Positions 53,298-63,179 of a stretch of DNA of 64,000 bases are shown here, piece by piece. The notes under the pieces were generated by a model that searched no databases, was not told the DNA's origin, and saw only the letters and a program-made list of their open reading frames with translations. The stretch is from an uncultured Lentimicrobiaceae bacterium (GTDB lineage: Bacteria > Bacteroidota > Bacteroidia > Bacteroidales > WCHB1-69): contig CAZSTX010000001.1 of NCBI GenBank assembly GCA_964610025.1, positions 117,209 through 181,208 on the forward strand, read 5' to 3'. Numbering within the stretch: the first letter of the stretch is position 1; each line of letters opens with the position of its first letter. The position numbers and the translations under genes are program-made.

Positions 53298-56075
53298 ATG
53301 ACCAACAAGATGAATTTTTTACAAGAAGTAAGCAATAGCATACTCTTAACTTATGGCAATAAGTTAAACGACTTATGTATTGTAACTCCTTCTAATCGTG
53401 GTGGATTGCATTTAAAACAATGTTTTCATTCGCAGATCGGAAAAACATTTTTAACGCCTGATATTTTTTCAATCGAAGAATTTATACAAAAAATTGCTGG
53501 ACTTACATTAATTAGTCCAGAAGAACTTCTTATCAGACTATACAAGCTAAACCAAGAACTTAAACTGATGTATCATCAAAATTTCTACAATTTTGTTAAT
53601 GACGCAAAAACAATATTACAAGATTTTAATGATATAGATTTATCTTTAGCAAATCCCCAAGATGTTTTTTCCGATTTATCGCGTATAAAAGAATTGAGTT
53701 ATTTTGGAAAAAATGAAAGTGAATTAAGTGAAAATCAAACTAATTATTTGAAATTTTATCAAAATATTTTTCCACTTTACCAGCAATTAAAAAATGAATT
53801 ATTAGAAAATAAACTTGCCTATCAAGGATTATTATATCGCTGTGTTTATGAAAATAAAGAAGATATTATCAAGTATTTTACCTATAAAAAAATTATTTTT
53901 GTAGGATTCAATGCCTTGCAAAATGTAGAAATAGAAATCATTAATTATTTATTAGAAAAAAACCTTGCCGACATTTATGTCGATGCAGACGAGTGGTATC
54001 TTAATGATACATTACAAGAAGCAGGAATGTTTTTACGTAAAATGAAAGATGATTTCCATTTGAAAGATTTAAAAATTGTTGGCAAATACATTGAAAATAT
54101 CAATAAGAAAATACAAATTATAGGATTTCCACAAAACGACCTCCAACCATTTTATGTAGAAAAAATTCTGAAAGAATTACCTAATAATAAAGAAGAAAAG
54201 ACTGCTCTTGTTTTGGCTGACGAAAATTTATTATTACCTTTATTATATGCAATCGATACAAGTGAAGCTAATATATCAATGGGGCTTTCTATACGCAATA
54301 GTCAAATATATCATATAATAAACCATTTTATCACTACTATCGAAAATATACAAAAATACAACAACACTATACACTATCAAGATTTATATGTTTTCTTTAG
54401 CAGCCCATATATACAAAATGTATTAACATTATCTAATCTTGACAATGATTTGATAATCGACAATTTACTTCAAAAAGGAAAATTGTTTTATACAATTGAT
54501 GATATAAAAAAAATAAACGAACATTTTCCTGTTGATTTTATTGAAGTTCTTACTAATTTATTTCAAAAATCTACTGAACCAGAAAGTATTATAAATAATT
54601 TAAGGGCATTTCTTACACTTATTAATAATGATAAATTATTAGAAATAGATAAACAAATCATTTCTTTAATATACCATCATTTAGATAAATTATTATTATT
54701 ATTCAAACAAATAGACAAGCATATAAAATCATATAGCGCTTTATTAGATTTATATATATCCTCTTTGACTTTGTCATTTAAGAGCAATCCTATGAGTTCT
54801 TTGCAAATTATAGGAATGTTAGAAACTCGCATATTAGATTTTGATAATGTCATTATATTATCTGTAAATGAAGATATATTACCAATGGGGAAATCTATCA
54901 AATCATTTATTCCTTATGATGTAAAAAAACATTATAAACTACCTACTTACACGCATCGTGAAGCTATTTTTTCTTATCATTTTTACCGTCTTTTACAACG
55001 CAGTAAAAATATTTATCTTTTATATAATACAAATAATCAAAATGAAAAAGCTGAAAAAAGTAGGTTTATCAATCAAATACAAAACGAATGGAATAAAATA
55101 CCCTCTATTGACATTAGCGAAAAAATATTAAGTTATCCTCAAATTAAAATACCTAATAACAAGCCAATTACAATAGCAAAAACACCTTTTATTGTTGAAC
55201 AACTTCAAAATTTAAGAAAGTATTCACCATCTATGTTGAATCGTTATTTAGAGTGTAGCTTAAAATTTTATTTTAATGATGTATTACAACTGTCAGAACC
55301 TCAAATGATATCTGATGATTTACAAGCTAATGTTATCGGAAATGTAATACATAAAATTTTAGAAGAATTATTAAAAGAAGGAAAATATATAAGTAAAGAT
55401 ATTAAAAATGATAATTTAGAAAAAAAAGTACTACATGCTTTTTTAGATAAAAATTTAATCAACATAGAGTTAGACGAAAAAAACATCTTATATGAAAAAA
55501 ATAGATTAATATATGCTATAACAATTAAATATATCAAAGACTATTTATTTTTTTTAAAAGAACAACTTGAAAAAAGAGAGATAATTGAAATTAAAGACTT
55601 TGAAAAAAAATATGAAATTAAGTATGAAATAAGCAATCAATTTATCAACAAAAATATTTATTTAAAAGGAGTGATTGATAGGGTAGATAATAGGAGCGAC
55701 TCCATTACAACTATAGTTGATTATAAAACAGGAAGAGTTGATTCAAAAACTTTATTTATAAGCAAGGTAGAAGATGTTTTCAGTGGCAATAATTCTATTG
55801 CATTCCAATTAATGTTTTATGCTTTTTTATATAATTGCGCCACAAAACAAACTCCCATAAAAGCTCAAATCGTCTATTTTCGTACATTAAAAGAAGATAT
55901 GACTATAAAGATAGCCAACTCTCCTTTGCTTGACCAGCCTATATTTGATGACTTTAAAATTCTTTTAGATAAACTTATAGAAGATATACACAATAATTGT
56001 ATTCCTTTTTCGCAAACTGAAAATAAAGATCGCTGTAAATATTGTGCATATCAAACAATATGCAAAAGAAATTAA
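53298..56075 (+). CDS. PD-(D/E)XK nuclease superfamily protein (AddB-like)
   Basis: 925 aa. C-terminal nuclease-like region (IVDYKTGR) and a terminal Cys cluster (CKYCAYQTIC). Confidence 0.6.
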   Translation: MTNKMNFLQEVSNSILLTYGNKLNDLCIVTPSNRGGLHLKQCFHSQIGKTFLTPDIFSIEEFIQKIAGLTLISPEELLIRLYKLNQELKLMYHQNFYNFVNDAKTILQDFNDIDLSLANPQDVFSDLSRIKELSYFGKNESELSENQTNYLKFYQNIFPLYQQLKNELLENKLAYQGLLYRCVYENKEDIIKYFTYKKIIFVGFNALQNVEIEIINYLLEKNLADIYVDADEWYLNDTLQEAGMFLRKMKDDFHLKDLKIVGKYIENINKKIQIIGFPQNDLQPFYVEKILKELPNNKEEKTALVLADENLLLPLLYAIDTSEANISMGLSIRNSQIYHIINHFITTIENIQKYNNTIHYQDLYVFFSSPYIQNVLTLSNLDNDLIIDNLLQKGKLFYTIDDIKKINEHFPVDFIEVLTNLFQKSTEPESIINNLRAFLTLINNDKLLEIDKQIISLIYHHLDKLLLLFKQIDKHIKSYSALLDLYISSLTLSFKSNPMSSLQIIGMLETRILDFDNVIILSVNEDILPMGKSIKSFIPYDVKKHYKLPTYTHREAIFSYHFYRLLQRSKNIYLLYNTNNQNEKAEKSRFINQIQNEWNKIPSIDISEKILSYPQIKIPNNKPITIAKTPFIVEQLQNLRKYSPSMLNRYLECSLKFYFNDVLQLSEPQMISDDLQANVIGNVIHKILEELLKEGKYISKDIKNDNLEKKVLHAFLDKNLINIELDEKNILYEKNRLIYAITIKYIKDYLFFLKEQLEKREIIEIKDFEKKYEIKYEISNQFINKNIYLKGVIDRVDNRSDSITTIVDYKTGRVDSKTLFISKVEDVFSGNNSIAFQLMFYAFLYNCATKQTPIKAQIVYFRTLKEDMTIKIANSPLLDQPIFDDFKILLDKLIEDIHNNCIPFSQTENKDRCKYCAYQTICKRN

Positions 56076-56078
56076 AAA

Positions 56079-57020
56079 TTACGATTCGAAAGAACGTTCG
56101 GCATCTAAAGCAGCTTTACAACCGCTTGCTGCTGCTGTAATAGCTTGTTTATAAGTGTGATCTTGCACATCACCAGCTGCAAAAACTCCCTCTACACTTG
56201 TAAAAGAAGTGCCAGGTTTAGTAATAATATAATTTTCTTCATCTAAAGCTAATTGTCCTTTAAATAAACCAGTATTAGGATTATGCCCAATAGCTATAAA
56301 TACACCATCTAAATTTATTTCTTTCTTTTCTTTTGTTTGAGTATTTTCAAGACGAACACCTGTTACATGTTTTGAAAATCCTTGAATTTCTCCTAAAATT
56401 TCAGATAGAATATTATCCCATACTATTTCTATATTAGAACTATTAAATACCTTTTTTTGCATAATTTTGCTAGCTCTTAATTCGTTACGACGATGAATAA
56501 GGTATACTTTTTTACAAATTTTTGATAGATAAACTGCTTCTTCTGCAGCTGTGTCGCCTCCACCAATAACCGCTACTATTTTATCACGATAGAAAAAACC
56601 ATCGCAAGTAGCGCATGTTGATACTCCATAACCACAATAAACCGACTCGGATTCTAAACCTAACCATCGGGCTGTTGCACCAGTAGCAATAATAACTGTA
56701 TCGGCAATAATTGTACTATTATTATCACTCTTACAAATAAATGGACGTTTTGAAAAATCAACCGATAATATTTCTCCTATACGAATATCGGCACCAAAAC
56801 GTAATGCCTGTTGACGCATATCATCCATTACTTCAATACCTGTTTTTCCATTAGGATAACCAGGAAAGTTTTCGACAATAGTTGTAATAGTTAATTGTCC
56901 TCCCGGTTGCATTCCTTCATAAATAATAGGATGTAAATTAGCACGTGAAGCATAAATAGCTGCTGTATAACCAGCAGGACCAGAACCAATAATCAAACAT
57001 TTTGTTTTTTCTTCTTGCAT
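56079..57020 (-). CDS. trxB: thioredoxin-disulfide reductase
   Basis: 313 aa. GSGPAGYTAA, redox-active CATCDG, and GGGDTAAEEA. Confidence 0.9.
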   Translation of the reverse strand: MQEEKTKCLIIGSGPAGYTAAIYASRANLHPIIYEGMQPGGQLTITTIVENFPGYPNGKTGIEVMDDMRQQALRFGADIRIGEILSVDFSKRPFICKSDNNSTIIADTVIIATGATARWLGLESESVYCGYGVSTCATCDGFFYRDKIVAVIGGGDTAAEEAVYLSKICKKVYLIHRRNELRASKIMQKKVFNSSNIEIVWDNILSEILGEIQGFSKHVTGVRLENTQTKEKKEINLDGVFIAIGHNPNTGLFKGQLALDEENYIITKPGTSFTSVEGVFAAGDVQDHTYKQAITAAASGCKAALDAERSFES

Positions 57021-57040
57021 GATGATTTAAATATATTATA

Positions 57041-57748
57041 TTAATTATTGTTGTTATTTTTTTTCTTTGGTTTTTTCTTCTTTTTCTTTTTAGAAACAGC
57101 TTGTTGTAACTGTGTCGTTACTTTTTTATTATTATTTTTATTATTATTTTTACTACTAAACACTTGTGTAGTAGGAAGTTGTTCTAACAATTCTTTGGTT
57201 AGTGGAAAAACAAAATCTTCTCTTAATGTTAGTTTTCCATCAGAAAGTACATTGAGATGCTCTATTATTAAATTGTCATTTACAGAATCACGATTCCATT
57301 GCAAATATTGTTTTTTTAAGAGTACTGCAATATTTTCCACACATAATCTTTTCGCTTCCGATTCAGGTTCTTCTGCTACTGATTTAATAATATTTTCGAT
57401 AAATTTTCCATATGGAGGAAATAGAATATTATTTTTTTTATACGGAATTTTTTGAGGTTTCCCTGTAATGTCTTGCTGTGCTGGTTTAGGAAAAGGGGAG
57501 TCTATATCTAATTTAAAATCAGAAATTAAAAATAGATGATCCCATAATTTTTGCCAATAGTCAGCTGTATCTTTCATTCCTGGCGAAAAACAAGACATGG
57601 CTCGTATAGTTGCTTTAGCTTGTAAATTACGCACTTCTTTATCTTCGATGGTCATCAAATAATCAACCATTTCTTGTACATGTCTGCCATATTCTTTGGC
57701 AGTAATTTTTTCTTTTGTCGTATTATAATTCATAAAAACACATATCAA
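57041..57748 (-). CDS. DUF4290 domain protein with poly-Lys/Asn tail
   Basis: 235 aa. EYGRHVQEMVDY ... is typical of DUF4290. The start may be the internal Met (MNYNT) at 57733. Confidence 0.55.
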   Translation of the reverse strand: MICVFMNYNTTKEKITAKEYGRHVQEMVDYLMTIEDKEVRNLQAKATIRAMSCFSPGMKDTADYWQKLWDHLFLISDFKLDIDSPFPKPAQQDITGKPQKIPYKKNNILFPPYGKFIENIIKSVAEEPESEAKRLCVENIAVLLKKQYLQWNRDSVNDNLIIEHLNVLSDGKLTLREDFVFPLTKELLEQLPTTQVFSSKNNNKNNNKKVTTQLQQAVSKKKKKKKPKKKNNNNN

Positions 57749-57910
57749 ATTTCATCAAAAAAGAATAATTTTAATTTTAAATTCTACTGTTTTAGGGTAT
57801 CATTCAATAGTAACAAATAAAATATTGAATAAAAAATATCATATATATATGTTATTTTCAATAATTTATATTTTCATATATAAATCTATCTGTTATAAAA
57901 GATATTTATA

Positions 57911-57918
57911 TATTTTTG
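57911..57918 (+). promoter_or_regulatory. -7 promoter box TATTTTTG
   Basis: TAnnTTTG match 26 nt upstream of the ATG at 57944. Confidence 0.4.
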
Positions 57919-57943
57919 CAGCAAAGATATAAAAAAAAACAAT

Positions 57944-59146
57944 ATGGGACAAAATAGAGTTTTAATTATTGGAGCAGGAGGTGTTGGTGCTGTTGTTACT
58001 TTTAAATGTGCCGCTGTTCCAGAGGTTTTTGGAGATATTATGTTGGCAAGCCGTACTAAATCGAAATGTGATAAAATAGCCGAATTTGTTGGCAAAGATC
58101 GAGTGAAAACAGCCGAAATTGATGCCGATAATGTAGAAGCATTGATAAATTTAATTAATGATTTTAAACCAAATATTGTTATTAATGTAGCACTGCCTTA
58201 TCAAGATTTAACTATTATGGAAGCGTGTTTAGCTACTAAAACACATTATTTAGACACAGCCAACTATGAACCTAAAGACGTAGCAAAATTTGAATACAAA
58301 TGGCAATGGGCATATAATAAGCGTTTTAAAGATGCTGGAATAATGGCAGTTTTAGGTTGTGGCTTTGATCCAGGAGTAACCAATATTTTTACTGCGTATG
58401 CCAACAAACATTATTTCGATGAAATGCACCATTTAGATATTGTAGATTGTAATGCAGGAGATCACGGAAAGGCTTTTGCCACAAACTTTAATCCAGAAAT
58501 CAACATTCGCGAAATCACACAAAAAGGACGCTATTGGAAGAATGGAGAATGGATAGAAACAGAACCTTTAGCAATACACAAACCTATTGTTTATCCAAAT
58601 ATTGGCACAAGAGAATCTTATTTATTGTTTCATGAAGAGTTAGAATCTTTAGTGAAAAATTTCCCTACACTTAAAAGAGCGCGTTTTTGGATGACTTTTG
58701 GAGAAAAATACATCAATGTATTAAATGTATTACAAGAAATAGGTATGACAAGTATCAAACCTATTTTATATGAAGGAAAAGAAATAGTTCCTTTACAGTT
58801 TTTAAAAGCAGTATTGCCAGAACCTTCTTCTTTGGGAGCTAATTACAAAGGAGAAACTTCAATTGGCTGTCAAATAAGAGGAATAAAAGATGGAAAACAG
58901 CGTACTTATTATGTATGGAACAATTGCAACCATGCCGAAGTGTATAAAGAATGCAAAGCACAAGCTGTTTCTTATACAACAGGAGTTCCGGCCATGATAG
59001 GGGCAATGATGGTCTTAACAGGAAAATGGCAAGGGAAAGGAGTGTTTAATGTAGAAGAGTTTGACCCAAATCCATTTATGGAAATGTTGAGTATCTATGG
59101 ATTACCTTGGAAAGAACAAATTGATAAGGCATTACCAGTTGAATAA
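57944..59146 (+). CDS. saccharopine dehydrogenase family protein (carboxynorspermidine synthase-like)
   Basis: 400 aa. VLIIGAGGVGAVV Rossmann motif. Length and C-terminus are typical of carboxy(nor)spermidine dehydrogenase. Confidence 0.7.
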   Translation: MGQNRVLIIGAGGVGAVVTFKCAAVPEVFGDIMLASRTKSKCDKIAEFVGKDRVKTAEIDADNVEALINLINDFKPNIVINVALPYQDLTIMEACLATKTHYLDTANYEPKDVAKFEYKWQWAYNKRFKDAGIMAVLGCGFDPGVTNIFTAYANKHYFDEMHHLDIVDCNAGDHGKAFATNFNPEINIREITQKGRYWKNGEWIETEPLAIHKPIVYPNIGTRESYLLFHEELESLVKNFPTLKRARFWMTFGEKYINVLNVLQEIGMTSIKPILYEGKEIVPLQFLKAVLPEPSSLGANYKGETSIGCQIRGIKDGKQRTYYVWNNCNHAEVYKECKAQAVSYTTGVPAMIGAMMVLTGKWQGKGVFNVEEFDPNPFMEMLSIYGLPWKEQIDKALPVE

Positions 59147-59217
59147 AAACGATAAATAAAAAGAATCTATATCTTTATTAACAATAAAACAAGATAGAAA
59201 TTCGTTTTTTTATCCAT

Positions 59218-60267
59218 ATGAAAAAAAAGTTTAATATTTTCTTGCTCTTTATTCAAATTGCTCTTTTACAAGCACAAACAGGAGGTAATTATGTGTATAA
59301 TTTTCTCAATCTTCCTGTTTCTGCACGCATAACAGCTATGGGCAGTAAATTATATTCTGTTTACGACGAAAATGACCCTTCATTAGCAACTATGAATCCT
59401 GCACTATTAAACCCCGCAATAAATCAAGGTATTGCATTTAATTTTGTCGATTATTTTGCAGATGCTGTTTATGGAAATATGAATTATATACATCATTTTG
59501 AAAAAGCAGGTACTTTTAATTTTGCGTTTCAATTTTTATCTTATGGAAAATTTAATGGATATGATGAGTATGGCAACGAAACGGGGTCGTTTTTAGCAGG
59601 CGATTTTGCCATTATCACTGGATATGGCAAACCATTAATCGATAGTACACTTTATATGGGAATGAATCTAAAATGGATATTTTCTGCATATGAAAATTAT
59701 TTTTCTACAGGCTTAGCAGCCGATGTATCAGCATCTTATTATAATAAAAAGAATAAGCTTTGCTTAACATTGTTAGCTTCTAACATAGGCGGACAAATAA
59801 AAACTTACGCCAATACAAGAGAAAAATTACCTTTCGATTTACAATTGGGCATATCGCAACAACTGAAACATGCACCTGTGCGTTATCATATTACATTGCA
59901 TCATTTATACAAATGGGATTTAACTTATAATGACCCAACTAATCCTTTTACGCAAATAAATTTAATGAATGAACAACTAAGTAAAAGTTCTAAAATTCAA
60001 AAATTTACAGATAATTTATTTCGTCATTTTATTATTGGGATAGAAATTTTACCTATAAAATATTTTTCGTTACAATTAGCTTATAATCACAATACAAGGC
60101 AAGAAATGAAATCTTTTGAACGAAAAGGAATGATAGGATTATCTTATGGAATATCTTTGCATATTTATAATATAAATGTACAATATGCTCGTTCACACAA
60201 CAATTTAGCTTCAACACCTAACTTTATTACATTTTCGACTAAACTTACTAATTTCTTAAAAAAATAA
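59218..60267 (+). CDS. porQ: type IX secretion system outer-membrane protein PorQ
   Basis: 349 aa. Signal peptide, then AQTGGNYVYNFLNLPVSARITAMGS, the conserved PorQ N-terminus as I recall it. Beta-barrel-like sequence. Confidence 0.6.
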   Translation: MKKKFNIFLLFIQIALLQAQTGGNYVYNFLNLPVSARITAMGSKLYSVYDENDPSLATMNPALLNPAINQGIAFNFVDYFADAVYGNMNYIHHFEKAGTFNFAFQFLSYGKFNGYDEYGNETGSFLAGDFAIITGYGKPLIDSTLYMGMNLKWIFSAYENYFSTGLAADVSASYYNKKNKLCLTLLASNIGGQIKTYANTREKLPFDLQLGISQQLKHAPVRYHITLHHLYKWDLTYNDPTNPFTQINLMNEQLSKSSKIQKFTDNLFRHFIIGIEILPIKYFSLQLAYNHNTRQEMKSFERKGMIGLSYGISLHIYNINVQYARSHNNLASTPNFITFSTKLTNFLKK

Positions 60268-60271
60268 ATTC

Positions 60272-60793
60272 ATGGAAATAATTTTCAACATTTTAACAAT
60301 TACAATACCAGCAGTAGTTGTTGCATTAACAGCTTACTTTGCTATTAAATTAACCTATGAAAAAGAACTTAAAAAACAAGTATTGGAATTGAAACACAAT
60401 TCTACAAAAGTTATTACACCTATACGTCTACAATCCTACGAGCGTATAGCACTTTTTTTAGAACGTATCAAACCCGAAAGTATACTTTTGCGTAATATTA
60501 CCCATTCAATGAATGCCGCCCAGTATCAAACAGTGTTAATTACATCGATACGCAATGAGTTTGAACACAATCTTTCGCAGCAAGTTTATATTTCTTCTGC
60601 TTTATGGGAAGCTACTAAAAAAGCTAAAGAAGAAGCAATAAAAATCATCAATCTATCTGCTGCACAATTAACAGAAGAAGCTACAGGAAAAGACCTTGCC
60701 AATAAAATCATTGAAATAACAGTCGATAGTAATACACAGCCTTCAGACATGGCACTCGATTTGCTACGCAAAGAAATAAAAGAATTTTTCTAA
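60272..60793 (+). CDS. hypothetical membrane-anchored protein
   Basis: 173 aa. One N-terminal TM helix followed by a helical soluble part. No motif recognised. Confidence 0.35.
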   Translation: MEIIFNILTITIPAVVVALTAYFAIKLTYEKELKKQVLELKHNSTKVITPIRLQSYERIALFLERIKPESILLRNITHSMNAAQYQTVLITSIRNEFEHNLSQQVYISSALWEATKKAKEEAIKIINLSAAQLTEEATGKDLANKIIEITVDSNTQPSDMALDLLRKEIKEFF

Positions 60794-60811
60794 AAAAATA
60801 TTAATCAAATT

Positions 60812-61231
60812 TTAAGAACGCCTAATTTTGTGAATATCAGACGAGTCCCAAGATTGCCACATCAATACGTCATGAATAGTACGTATGAGTAAAATAAATA
60901 CACGCAAATCGTTGTCTACAAACCACTTAATAGCTGCATCATCTCTTCGGCAAGCTGCTGCAAAAACAGAAAGAAAATGCAGTTCATACTTAAGCAACCA
61001 TTCAATAGCATGAGGTTCATTATCAATAGCATTGCTTAAAATTGCAAATTCAGGATAACCATTGTTAAACAACCAATTCAATGCATCGACATCAGAATGT
61101 ATAGCAGAAGAAAGAGCAGCCAATTCGGGGAAGCCATTATTGAAGAAGAAATCAGTAAATTTACGTTTTCCCTTTAAACTTTCATTGAAAGCCATTAATA
61201 ATTTGATATCATAATCGGTTAAACAGTGCAT
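60812..61231 (-). CDS. hypothetical protein with ~25-aa internal repeats
   Basis: 139 aa. Repeating units end in A-x-x-W-[LF] (DALNWLF, HAIEWLL, AAIKWFV). Confidence 0.35.
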   Translation of the reverse strand: MHCLTDYDIKLLMAFNESLKGKRKFTDFFFNNGFPELAALSSAIHSDVDALNWLFNNGYPEFAILSNAIDNEPHAIEWLLKYELHFLSVFAAACRRDDAAIKWFVDNDLRVFILLIRTIHDVLMWQSWDSSDIHKIRRS

Positions 61232-61339
61232 TTAAAAAAATAATTATAATATTACTATAACGTTAAAGATATATAAAATTATTGTAAAATAAAAAATACT
61301 TTTCAACCTGCCATCTAATATTTAATTAATTTTTTATGC

Positions 61340-61347
61340 TATCTTTG
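61340..61347 (+). promoter_or_regulatory. -7 promoter box TATCTTTG
   Basis: TAnnTTTG match 29 nt upstream of the typA ATG. Confidence 0.4.
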
Positions 61348-61375
61348 CACACCTTATAATATAGCTTATATAAAT

Positions 61376-63178
61376 ATGCAAAACATTAGAAATGTTGCTA
61401 TTATAGCACATGTAGATCATGGAAAAACTACTTTAGTAGACCGCATTCTACACCAATCTAAATTATTTAAAGAAAATAATAAAACACATAATCTCATTCT
61501 TGATAATAATGATTTAGAAAGAGAAAGAGGAATTACTATTTTATCTAAAAATGTATCTGTAAGATACAAAGATTTTAAAATCAATATAATAGATACGCCA
61601 GGACATAGTGATTTTGGAGGAGAAGTCGAAAGAGTATTAAATATGGCAGATGGAGTACTTTTAATAGTCGATGCCTTTGAAGGACCTATGCCACAAACAC
61701 GCTTTGTATTACAAAAAGCTATAGAATTAAATTTAAAAGCCATAGTTGTTATCAATAAAGTAGACAAACCTAATTGCAATCCAGACTTAGTACAAGAAGA
61801 TGTTTTTAATTTAATGTATACTTTAGGTGCAAATGAAGAACAGCTTGATTTTCCTACTGTTTATGGTTCTGCAAAACAAGGTTGGATGAACGCTGATTGG
61901 AAAACTCCGAGTGAAAACATAAGTTATTTATTAGACCAAATTATCCTACATATTCCACCTCACATTGCAAAAGAAGGAAATACACAAATGATTATCTCTT
62001 CGCTCGACTATTCTTCTTATGTTGGACGCATAGCGATAGGAAAACTGACACGCGGAACACTGCAATATGGTCAAAATGTGTCGTTAATGAAACAGAATGG
62101 GGATATAATACAATCAAAAATAAAAGAACTCTATGTTTTTGAAGGACTTGAAAAAGAAAAAATCAAAACTAAAGTATCAGCAGGAGAAATTTGTGCCATT
62201 TTGGGAGTTGATAATTTTGAGATAGGAGATACGATAGCCGATTTTGAAAATCCTGAGAGTTTACCAAGCATTACAATAGACGAACCCACTATGAGTATGC
62301 TTTTTACCATTAACAATTCTCCTTTTTTTGGACAAGAAGGAAAATACGTAACTTCGCGTCATTTACGAGAACGTTTATTTAAAGAATTAGAAAAAAATTT
62401 AGCTTTACGAATAGAAGAAACACAATCCCCCGAAATTTTAATAGTTTATGGTAGAGGAATATTGCATCTATCTATTTTAATAGAAACCATGAGACGTGAA
62501 GGTTATGAACTGCAAGTAGGACAACCAAAAGTAATTATAAAAGAAATAGACGAAAAAAAACACGAACCTATTGAAGAATTAATCGTATTGATTCCAGAAC
62601 CATTTTCGAGCCGAGTAATTGATATAATTACACGTAGAAAAGGAGAAATAAATATAATAGATACAAAATCTGACCGTATATATTTGAGTTTTAATATTCC
62701 TTCACGAGGAATTATTGGACTACGAAATCAAATACTTACGGCAACAGAAGGCAAGGCAATAATGTCGCATCGTTTTATTGGTTTTGAACCATGGAAAGGC
62801 GACATTGTTATACGTCATATAGGCTCGCTTATTGCTATGGAAGCGGGCGTAGCAGCAGCATATGCTATCGATAAATTACAAGACAGAGGAAATTTCTTTA
62901 TTTCGCCTATGGATAATGTTTACGAAGGACAAATAGTAGGGCAGCATATTCGTTATGACGATTTGGTAATCAATGTTACTAAAACTAAAAAATTGAGTAA
63001 TATGCGTGCCTCAGGTTCTGACGACAAGATTTTATTAAGTCCACCTTTGCGTTTTTCATTAGAAGAATATATGGAATATATAGGAGAAGATGAATATTTA
63101 GAAATAACACCTAAATCATTACGATTGAGAAAAATAATACTTAACGAAATAGAACGAAAAAAGGCCAACAAACATTAG
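61376..63178 (+). CDS. typA: translational GTPase TypA/BipA
   Basis: 600 aa. AIIAHVDHGKTTL, DTPGH and NKVD G-motifs with EF-G-like domains. Confidence 0.95.
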   Translation: MQNIRNVAIIAHVDHGKTTLVDRILHQSKLFKENNKTHNLILDNNDLERERGITILSKNVSVRYKDFKINIIDTPGHSDFGGEVERVLNMADGVLLIVDAFEGPMPQTRFVLQKAIELNLKAIVVINKVDKPNCNPDLVQEDVFNLMYTLGANEEQLDFPTVYGSAKQGWMNADWKTPSENISYLLDQIILHIPPHIAKEGNTQMIISSLDYSSYVGRIAIGKLTRGTLQYGQNVSLMKQNGDIIQSKIKELYVFEGLEKEKIKTKVSAGEICAILGVDNFEIGDTIADFENPESLPSITIDEPTMSMLFTINNSPFFGQEGKYVTSRHLRERLFKELEKNLALRIEETQSPEILIVYGRGILHLSILIETMRREGYELQVGQPKVIIKEIDEKKHEPIEELIVLIPEPFSSRVIDIITRRKGEINIIDTKSDRIYLSFNIPSRGIIGLRNQILTATEGKAIMSHRFIGFEPWKGDIVIRHIGSLIAMEAGVAAAYAIDKLQDRGNFFISPMDNVYEGQIVGQHIRYDDLVINVTKTKKLSNMRASGSDDKILLSPPLRFSLEEYMEYIGEDEYLEITPKSLRLRKIILNEIERKKANKH

Positions 63179-63179
63179 T

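Noticed and set aside
57041-57130. The poly-Lys/Asn tail of the DUF4290 protein as a slippery or phase-variable tract
   Set aside because: The A-runs are interrupted (AAAAAGAAAAAGAAGAAAAAACC ...). Such tails are common low-complexity extensions in AT-rich genomes, and there is no sign of a frameshift.
57048-57455. 135-aa plus-strand ORF
   Set aside because: It is antisense to the DUF4290 gene. Its translation is dominated by F/L runs derived from the poly-Lys/Asn-coding tail, so it is a low-complexity artefact.
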